From Epiperipatus broadwayi (taxonomy: Eukaryota > Animalia > Onychophora): DNA of 64,000 nucleotides. A program made the position numbers and the translations under genes. Below the pieces are notes generated by a model. That model was not told where the DNA came from, did not search any database, and was given only the letters and a program-made list of their open reading frames with translations. The stretch is from positions 19,282,001-19,346,000 of the forward strand of contig JAQFVV010000003.1 in the NCBI GenBank assembly GCA_028023455.1, written 5' to 3'. Below are positions 54,359-64,000 of this stretch, one piece after another. How positions within the stretch are numbered: position 1 is the stretch's first letter; each line of letters starts with the position of its first letter.

Positions 54359-54415
54359 TCCAAAGCTCCTCACTGACGAAGGCCACAAGCCAGAAACTAG
54401 TCTGGGGATATTGGA
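54359..54415 (+). ncRNA. Type I hammerhead ribozyme motif, intact, extended stem I
   Basis: TCCAAagcTCCTCA-CTGACGA-AGGCcacaaGCCA-GAAACTAGTC^TGGGGAtaTTGGA; predicted cut after 54402. Confidence 0.85.
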
Positions 54416-57400
54416 TGAGTAGGCATTAGATAGGGATTTTATGCACAAGCCTTCTGGCATCCATTGATTACTCTGTTTAGCACAGGTGGCAATACTGTAT
54501 GGAGAGTTTTGCTCTGTTTATCAACAATTAATGTGCTAGTATAGGAAATGTGATCATGTGATGCAAAGTAATTGTAGTTGTTGTCTTTCACCATTAACAA
54601 TATTAACTTTCTTCTTTTGAAAAAATCCACTGAACATTATTTTAGTATTTTAGCATGTACTTTTTCTTATTTTCATCTGATAATTCTTGCAACATTTCCT
54701 GAAACCCTTAAGCATTATTTGCGAAAACAATTACATCATCTGCAAAATCTAGATGAATTTAATAATCTTCATTTACTTTTCCTATTTTAATCTACAAAAT
54801 ACTTCCTGTAAAATTGCTATAAAAAGTTTTGGAGATATGAAGCCACTTTGTTGAACGCTCTTCTTAATGTTAATTTCTCCCTAATGTCATTATGTAAACT
54901 AATTATTGCTGTTCCATTTTTGATAAATATTATTCAGAATATGATAATGTCCAGAGTCTATACCGTGATGATCCAATGCTTTAATCACTAAAGACATGTT
55001 CATAGAATCAAATACCTTTTCATAATTCTACAAATCCAAAACATAATGACAACTCATATTCATTTGTCCTTTCATTAATTTCTCTCAATACTTGGATGTG
55101 ATCCATTGTGCTAAAACCATTTTTAAATGCAGCTTATTCATTGGTTGATTAACATCCCAAATTCATTGTAGCTGAGTTATAATTATCTTGGTAAAAAATT
55201 TGTACAGAATTGCTAAAGATTGATAGGTCTATAATTTCTAATATCTTCATCATCTTTTTTAAATATTGATATTACTACTGCATTCTTCCAATCATCTGGT
55301 ACATCTTTATCATTTAGACATTTGGTATATAACTTTGCAAAAAAAATTTTTATTTCTTCACCTGCTTCATTTAATATATTGATTATAATTCCATTATTAC
55401 CTAAAGTTTTTGTCTTCATCATAAACTTAATTGCAAGTCTCACTTCTTCATTTAAAATCCTGAGCAGTTCAGAAGATATAGTAGTTGTCAGAGGTATTTT
55501 TCCTTGTTCTTTATTGCTATATATTTCTTTATAGAACTCTTCCACACATTTCATGATATCATTGCTTTTTTTAGTAATAGTTCCACCTTTTCTTCTTATC
55601 GCAGAAATGTTTCCTATCAATATCAAGATGTTTTACACTTTTGATAACTTTTATCCACTTCTAAAGCTTTCCAGTTAATTCACAATTATATTTTCTTATA
55701 TCACTATTAACTCTTTTTCCTGCTATTTTACAAAACTCTAGATATTCAATCCTTTTTAATGGATCAGTTTTATATATATTCATATTTCTTTTCTTTATAA
55801 ATTGTCATCTCAGTAGACATTTTATTGGCCAATTGCTGCTTTTTTATACCAGCTATCTTTGTTGCAGTTTTTAAATTATACAATCTGCCTGTTGATTTTG
55901 TTCAAATCTGAATTATGTTCAAAATCTGTTAATATTTAAAAACGATTTGCAAATTTAAATTTAAATTCATTGGAATATTTCTAAAAATTAGGAATATCAA
56001 TTGTGAATATTGTTTTTCTTAATAGTTTTTCTTTCTCTAGTTTGCATTAACACCTATCTTACACTTCACTAATCGATGATCGCATACTGTGTTAAATTTA
56101 TTAAGAATATTACAATCTCAAAATACATATTTTCTGTTAATCAAAACATTATCCAATTCTACAGTACTTTCAACTGGATGCTCGTATAACCATTTTATTA
56201 AAGAAGAATTCATAAAAGCAAGTTTTTCTTTTTCTGCAAACTCCACTTCTAGGTCCTTTCTCTTATTTCTATGACAATAACCAAATTTACCCACAGTGCT
56301 TTCATTTTTCAATTTTTTACTAATTCTAGCATTAAAATCTCCCATGACAAATTTAAAATGTTGTCTGGTATGATCAAAAGCCTTTTGTATATCCATATAA
56401 AACTTCTTTAGTTCTTCATTACAATGAGAACTTGTTGGTGCATAAATCTGAATTATCTGCATTTTGTAACTTCTGTTAAATTGGATAACTAATCTTGCCA
56501 TTGTTTCACTTTTTATTCATAATGAATCTTATTTTGTTTGTGCTACCAATATTTGTGTCTTTGTTATATAGTACATGTCTAGTTTTAAATTAACTGTCTC
56601 TTCACCTGTTCTTCAAACTTCCCATAGTCCAACAATGTCCTATTTAATATTAGACAGTTCTTCTTTCATTTTTTGTAATCTTCCTTCACTTGAAACTCAT
56701 CTTCAATTATAAATATCTAAATAAAAGGCCATCATTTTAGCACTCCCTGCTCCTGCTTTCAGCTACTAATTGCTGCCTTGGCTGGTAAATTTACAGCCTC
56801 CTGGAAGTAAAGGCTATAATTTAGTTCTGTCTGTTATGATTGTAAATATGTATTAAAAAAAAAAAGTTCATTCACACACACATTCATTCAGCCTTCAAAA
56901 AACTCAACTGATATTTCAGTTAATAGCTAACAGGCAACTGAAAATAAAGACCGTAATTTCTCTTGATCTTAAACTCAGAAGTAAAAAGCTTAAAAACTCA
57001 CCATGCTGACTAATGCATGTTGATGGGCAGTCCATCCATGTTTATGCATTATATGAATAATCATATAAATAATACCTGCAATACAAGAGGAAATTGCCCC
57101 ACTTTATTCCTTTAAGGTCTCAAAGAAGAATCAAAGAGTCTCCTTTCAGTTAATGGCAAACTCCTTTCTGCAGCCATCAATCACTATACTCACACATATA
57201 CAACCATGCCTTTGAATATATTATTTATTAAGAAATGTAAGTGTATTTGTGATGTTTTAATATTATTATTTTTTCACCTTCCTGCTCTAATATAACCCAC
57301 ATGTTAAGATAATGATACATAAATTTAGGATGTGGAGGTTTCTTTTGCATTTTTCTGGAGTATTAATAATGAGTATAGGTACTAAAACATCTCTTTTACA

Positions 57401-59513
57401 TCTGATCTGCTTTTTGATAATCTTGTGAGTTAGAGCATGATAATCAGAATATACTTAATGGTGGGCAATGATTATTGTATAGCTGACTTGTAATTGAATA
57501 TTACATGATCTTTCTCTAAGACAGTGCTAAATTGGACTATGATTGAGATTAAGACAATTAGTATATTCTACTTAACTATTTTAATGGTCATTAGGAAATG
57601 ATTCCTGAACTTCTCTACATGCTTATTTCAATTTCTCTGTCTGACATCAGATTAATTTAATTATAACTGAGTCCTATAATCAAGTGACAATCCTCGAATA
57701 ATATCAATGATGATTTACCATTGCTTGCCATCCCTTTAACAGAATTCATTCTATTATCTCAACTTTAGAGCTGTACTCAAAAATTTAATAATCCCCATAT
57801 CATTAAAATATGGAATTATATAAGAGCTAAGCAGAGAAGACAAAATTTTATACTAAAAAAAAGATAACCAAATTCTTCAGTTAGCACATAAGTCTATAAT
57901 AAAGATTCGAGATTAAAAGTCTCTATAACAACTCTTCACTTCAAACAGGAACAGTGAAAATAAAGGCATTGCTAATTAGATTTTCAAAATGCTACGTGAC
58001 ATGATGAAGGTTTTTAAAGGGTTTACCATCCTGTTTTTACCCCATCTAGCTAAAAATAGCTAGATACCCACTGGCAAAGCAATAATTGGATGGCTGGATA
58101 ACTTTGGCTACAATCCTGTTATCTAAAAATAAAATCTTAAGCTTGCTTTGAATCTAGAAAAATTTTCAAATTTTATCAAGCTCAGTTAAAAAACCTCTAG
58201 TCAGAAACATGGTTGACAGATTTGCTAACTAACCACGTATTATATAATTGTTTTCTACGAGTGAAGAAGCACAAATGCTACATAAATTTTACTAATGAAA
58301 TCAAATAAATTATAGTATCTGAATTATTATTACTCTGAAAACAAATATTTAAAAACAAAGTTCTGCTACTTCTTTTTTTTTTTTTTTGATTTCATTTAGA
58401 ACACAACATGAAATTTTAATTTATAAACTTTAACAATATGCTTACTTGATTGACCTGGTATTTATACTTTATATTGAAAGACGGTTCTACATAAAAGACT
58501 GAAAAATTTATGTACTAACTCTAAACATAAAAATGTAAAATGTTAGAGAAATATTGTATGACTACATTTACAATCAAGTATATACCCACTTTTCCCACTA
58601 TTTTACATTATTAAAATATAATTTATGAAGCCTTTTTTAAACGATTAAAATAAAATTAAAACTATTTAGATAAAATTAATATATCGTAAGATGCAATTTA
58701 TATACTCTGTTAATAGATAGAGTGTAAGACATAATAAAAACAAATCTAAATTGATATTAAAGGGACAGATAATATCTACCTGTCAGAAGGTGTTTTATAC
58801 AAATTTCTACTAGTTTATTCATAAATATGTCTGAAACACTGTATACACAAAAGTTCAAACTTTACCTAGTTTGGCTTCTTGTTTATGAAAAATCAGACAC
58901 ATTAATTTTTCAAATAGATTAATTTTAAAAATGCATTTATAATATCACTTTAAAAAAAAAATAATAGTTTTTTTTTTTTTTTTAATAAGACCACTATTGA
59001 ATTTTAAAAAAATTCTAATATCAAATATTAAAACTAAAATAATTCATGAGAATCTTTGTGGACTTACAGCATATTCACACATGTATGCTGTAAAATCAAC
59101 TTCATCTTTGTGTGTTTCTAATATAAATGCTTATAAATACATATTGTAAATAATAATCAGTATAATTGCTATCTGACAGATACATACTGAAATCCAAAAT
59201 GTCTGAAACTACAAGATAAATTCTTGCATACAGGAAATCCTTTAACAAAATTCTCAGCACATAAAAAGTGCAAAAAATTAAAAAAATATGTTTATGTCAT
59301 CATAGACCTCACTATTTCTTGCTTTCTCATGATAGATGCATTGTATCATAATACTTATTTTATTAACTAAAAAATATTTTCATATTCTGCACTGCAGCTA
59401 ATAAGAAATATGTGACATATAAAATTCAGTTTAAGCAAATAATCACATTATTAAAGGATTGCCTCTACATAAATATACATTTTTTAAAAATAAAGATACT
59501 AAAAAAAACTTAC

Positions 59514-59640
59514 CTCTGCCAGGACTTATCGCTGTCCATGTAGGAGTGTCGCTAGTACCCGAAATGACAGGTGTCGCCTGGATGCTATCCTGAATTTGTG
59601 CCAACAGCCCAGCCTCCACCATACTCATAGTTTTGCTATC
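59514..59640 (-). CDS. NR2C (TR2/TR4/Hr78): NR2C orphan nuclear receptor, coding exon (hinge region): DSKTMSMVEAGLLAQIQDSIQATPVISGTSDTPTWTAISPGR
   Basis: ttttag acceptor and AG|gtaagt donor; 127 nt, phase 0 to 1; joins in frame to exon 30738-30937 (G|AT=Asp). GLLAQIQ resembles the recalled TR4 hinge segment GMLVNIQ. Confidence 0.8.
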
Positions 59641-60333
59641 CTAAAATATTTAAAACAGCTGTGATTTTTTCAGATATAAATATATATTTTACTACATTCT
59701 CATCCCTTAATGAGAATTATGAAAATATATGATGATTGTTACGCATAGACTGTAAAAAAAAAAAATAATGAACAATTTAATTGTCCAGGAATCAATCTGA
59801 GAATTTCAATTCATGAGTCCATCATTCTACCAGTTCTAAATTATATAATATTTGTAGGCTGTTTTTATTAATAATTTGTCAGCAATCAAGAAAAAAAAAA
59901 AGACCATGCAATAATTCAATTTGGAGTAATAATTGATATTTGATTTGTTCCTTCCTCCTGTTTCGTATATATTATTAATTCTCAAGTATAGCTAACAAAC
60001 AGAAAAATAAATAAAATAAATGCATTTTATTTATTTATTTAAGTTTTGACCCACAGTGATCTTTTTAAAACTATAATTCATTAATTAGAATGAAATATGG
60101 CAAACTATGTTACCCCATTTTTTAGATTGTAATCTTTTAAACTATCTAAATTTAAACAAGTCATTTTAAAAACAAAATTAAAAAGAAAAATAACTGAAAG
60201 ATATTTCTATAATTTTAAAAACATTATTTCTCTGAAAGAAAATAAAAATAATGAAAAAGTGATATATGAAAGGAAAGATAAATGTTTAAAAAAGCTTATC
60301 AGTATTAATAACAAAAATGAGTAAACTCTAGAG

Positions 60334-61304
60334 CAGGAGTGTGGAACCTCTAGCCCTTAGGCCAACTCTAGCTCTCTAAAACTCAATCAGGTCCATAGGC
60401 ATTTTAAAAAATGTATAAAAAAATGGCTCTGTATGAAACTTCTATTTAAACATGCATGTAGTGCAAATATTGAATTAAGAATTAAATAAAAATATTTATT
60501 TTCTCAACTACATCTTTTTCTCTCTCCAAATTTTATTCTAGTTCATTCTAAAAAAGGTGCAATATGTGGCCTATCTGATTACAGATATAATCTATGATGC
60601 TGAGGACATTTATTGTTTGCTTTTATAACAATTTTCACAAACATATACTAACAAAAATAAAACTCGAATTTTAACTTCATTTTATTATGATTATTTTACT
60701 TTTTAAAATTTTTTTTTTTATTAAGATGGCTATATTGAATAAGATAAAAAAAATTGACACAAAAAATCATGCATTTCAAAAGAAAATATATATATATTTA
60801 TAGAAAGAAATAGTTAATCAATGTGCTTGATATGTCTGGAAAGTATTTCAGTTAATAAAGAACACAATATTAAGAGCACTCTTTATCAAAACATTCTGAT
60901 TACAACAAAACTGTGGGGAAAAAAGAAATATTAAAGTAGAAATCTTAAAAAGGAGTTTCAAGTAGTGACATGTTTCATAAAAAGTATAAACAAGTCAGAA
61001 AGGTCTGTGAAAGCACATTATTTTTTTTAAAAAGCAGAAAATTTAAAACTTATTTTTTTGAAGAGGATGTTTATAAAAGATTGTATCCTAGCTGTTTTAG
61101 AACTGATGTGTGCAGAACATAAAAAGAAACTTGAGAATTTAAATATAAATAGTTACAAGGCACATTGGAAAAAATATCATTAAATGTGGAACTATTATTG
61201 ATAATAATGATATTACTTTATTTTTAATTCACAAAAAATGATGGACCTCATTTAAAAAATGAAAGTTGAAATTGACTTACCAGTTGAAAAGTTGGCCATC
61301 TCTA
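60334..61304 (+). mobile_element. Internally deleted hAT (Charlie-like) element
   Basis: hAT-like termini caggagtgtggaac / gttggccatctcta; transposase-like remnants at 60850-61150 (FIKDCILAVLELMC..HKKKLEN). TSD not confirmed. Confidence 0.5.
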
Positions 61305-61385
61305 AATTAATTACAATTTTGATCAAATATAGTAGACTAGGCTATCTCTAAATTAATTACAATTTTGATCAAATATAGTAGACTA
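61296..61385. repeat. 44-bp tandem duplication
   Basis: gc.atctctaaattaattacaattttgatcaaatatagtagacta occurs twice. Confidence 0.85.
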
Positions 61386-62497
61386 ATTTTTAAGATGATA
61401 ATTTTGTATAGACCATAAGTAATATTATAAATATCCAAATGATCCTTGGGAAAAAAAAGGTTTCTTGCATAAAAAAGCAAAGAATTCCTCAACAAATTCC
61501 TAATTGAGGAAAAGTAAAACTAATTTGCCAAACTAAATGAATTGCACACGATGCTCAATCAATTGCTTTGGATGGGAACATTGCCTCACTTCCGAAGTAA
61601 CTGACCAAAAGGTTATTTATTTATTTGCAAATAATGGAAGGCAACTCAAATTTGTAGATAATGGAAAACTACTTAGAGGGCCAACAATATACAATGGCAA
61701 ATGATGACAATCAATAGATTTTAGCAGCACATGAAATCTGAAATAAGTGTGCTATTGTTACCATTTGATCATCTTACATGATTGTAAAGATAACTCACAC
61801 CTCAATGCTTATATAAAAATGATAATTCTCTTACCAGTGATGAAGACAACATCAAATTACAATCTCACTTTTTTTTTACAGCTAGCATTATTGTTACTCA
61901 TCTGGATCAATGTAGATTACTTTAGGACTTCTATAAATGAAGACTAGACATCCTAGAAAAAATCCTAAACCCGAATTAGAACCCCAGATCATAGGCAGAG
62001 GAGACAGATATGCTATCTTTTCACTATGACAACTGTGAATATATATATTTAGTAAAAATAATGATTTAACGATTGCTTCAGTTTTCTTGGATCATGAAAG
62101 GATAAGTAAATATAAATTTAAGTTTGATCTTGAAAGTGTTGAGATTCTTCATGAAAAAATAAAACATAATAAAAGAAAAATTAAGAAGGTAATTTTAATA
62201 AAAAAAAATAAAATGAATATAATTAATAGATAAGCTGCTAATGATAAAATTCGGGTTTCATGGGATTTGAGTTGATTATGTTTGCTTCTGTTATGTTTTT
62301 TGAATTTAACGGCAGCTGAAGATGGTTAATGAATTAATCAAAAGTACTTCTGCAGATTAAAAGATTGTATATAATAGTTAATTACTGTTATATTTATTAT
62401 TTTTATTGTTATTACAATAGTTTTTAATTAACAGACATTTTATTTGTATTATATATATAAACATTAAAGGCTTAAAGCTAAACTAGTCAATAAAATA

Positions 62498-62686
62498 ATC
62501 AAAATTATCCCAAATTCACAATTCAACTAGACTAGCCAAAAAATATAAACTCTAAAGCACAACCAATCAGTGAAACCATTGATGTGCTTTAGAGTTTATA
62601 TTTTTACAGTGAAACCATTGGTTGTGCTTTAGAGTTTATATTTTTTGGCTAGTCTAGTTGAGTTGGGAATTTGGGATAATTTTGAT
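62498..62686. repeat. Fold-back inverted repeat with internal tandem duplication
   Basis: Arms of about 70 bp: atcaaaattatcccaaatt...ctaaagcacaaccaat and its reverse complement. The loop and part of the right arm are duplicated. Confidence 0.85.
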
Positions 62687-63119
62687 ATACACACTAATCT
62701 GACTAAGGATAAATTCCTAATATCCACTCTGTATATTCTTGGCATTACAGCTGTTATTATGGGATAATTTGAATAGTAAATGAACTTGGATAAGCTGCTT
62801 ACCAAATACCAGCCCTTTTGATAAATGTATTGGTTTTTACTTCTGAGCTTCAGTTTAAAAACACCATGTCTTCATTTTTGGCTGTCTGGCAATTCTTAAC
62901 CTAGATATATGTTGGGTTTTTTCGAAAGCATGAATATTGTGTGAGAGAATATTCATTATCTTTTCTATTTACAATCATAACAGACAAAAATAAAATTATG
63001 GCTGGAGGTTACAAAATTATAAACCAAGTTAGCAGTTGGCAAGGGAGAAAGTGCAAAGATTTCGTGGGTTATGATCCTTTATTTAGCTATTTACAATAGT
63101 AAAACATGAATTAAATGAA

Positions 63120-64000
63120 ACAATTGATTTGAAAAAAGGACATATACTTTATTATAAAGGCACAAATATTGGAAACATAAATAGATTAAGATTTATAATA
63201 AATAAAAAAATGGAAAACAATATTGTTGAGATTGATCATATTCTGGCAAGATTAGTTATTATGGAAGTTACCAAAGATATACAATTCAGATTTAGGCTCC
63301 AAACAAGTTCTTATAGCGATGAAGTAAAGGATTTCCATATAAATGTATAAATACTTTTGACCAATATAAACATTTTAAAATCATTATGGAAGACTTTAAT
63401 ACCTGTGGATAAATTTGGATATCAAGAAAAAAATGAATAAAGATATGGATATATAGATTTTGATGAAAAAGAAAATGTATATATATTTCTTTCTGAAAAA
63501 AATAAAAGCGAAAATGGACCCAAAAGTATCCAAATAAAAGCACAATAAATTTAATTATATTTTGACTAACTGAAAATATGTATTTCAAGACTGTAATGCA
63601 TTTGATATAAACAATACAGGAACTAATCATGGATTAATAAAATAAAAACATATTAATAATGGAAAGCTAGACAAACAAAGGGTATTAAAAAAAAGACCGT
63701 ATTAACAAATGGTATTTCTAAACTTGGAACTTGAAAATAATTTTAAAATATTAAGAGACTTTGATATTGAATTAGATTTGAACTGGATAAATATACTAAC
63801 AAATGTTACTTAGATAAGTGATACAAAAAAGTGGCAATTGTCTAATGTACCAAAATAAAGCAATATATGAAGGAAAAAAGCAATATGAAAACATTAAAAA
63901 AATGATATAATAAAAAAAATATAATGGTAAATTGACAAGAAAACTTATAAAAGAGAACAAAACATTTCAAAAGCATAACATAACATTAAGGCATTGGAAG
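63120..64000 (+). mobile_element. Degenerate RTE LINE endonuclease region, running off the window
   Basis: GHILYYKG...FIINKKMENNIVE...ARLV...TSSYSDEVKDFH resembles the endonuclease ORF at 56118-56501. Confidence 0.6.

Larger units (their letters stand above)
53625..54563. mobile_element. Young family A hammerhead retroelement: tandem units plus inverted unit, perfect 13-bp TSD
   Basis: TSD caaagtaattgta at 53612-53624 and 54564-54576. Unit period is about 455 bp. Four complete hammerhead motifs and one truncated motif; copies are nearly identical. Confidence 0.92.
53036..56810 (-). mobile_element. Near full-length degenerate RTE-clade LINE (APE endonuclease and RT), interrupted at 53625-54563
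   Basis: Endonuclease motifs IIQIYAPTS, VMGDFNA; RT-upstream motifs PDDWKNAVVISIFKK, NYRPINL; C-terminus and (TGA)n tail at about 53040. Many stops and frameshifts. Confidence 0.92.

Overview
AT-rich animal (invertebrate-like) genomic DNA. The whole window lies inside one minus-strand gene, an NR2C orphan nuclear receptor (TR2/TR4/Hr78 type). Six phase-consistent coding exons covering the hinge and most of the ligand-binding domain are present; the DNA-binding-domain exons and the last exons lie outside the window. The introns (3.6-28.6 kb) are packed with mobile DNA: degenerate RTE-clade LINEs, hAT elements and MITEs with TSDs, a Gypsy gag fragment nested in a hAT, a Tc1/pogo-type MITE, a Chapaev-like transposase relic and tRNA-derived SINEs. 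The most striking signal is two related families of short non-coding retroelements (units of about 430-455 bp and 258 bp) that carry type I hammerhead ribozyme motifs. The motifs have a minimal palindromic stem III (ACTAGT or ACCGGT), covarying stem II and an unusual A/A juxtaposition at the base of stem II. The units form tandem-plus-inverted arrays, some with 13-bp TSDs, resembling Penelope pseudo-LTRs or non-LTR retrozymes. All calls come from manual reading. Family assignments rest on recalled motifs, not database searches.
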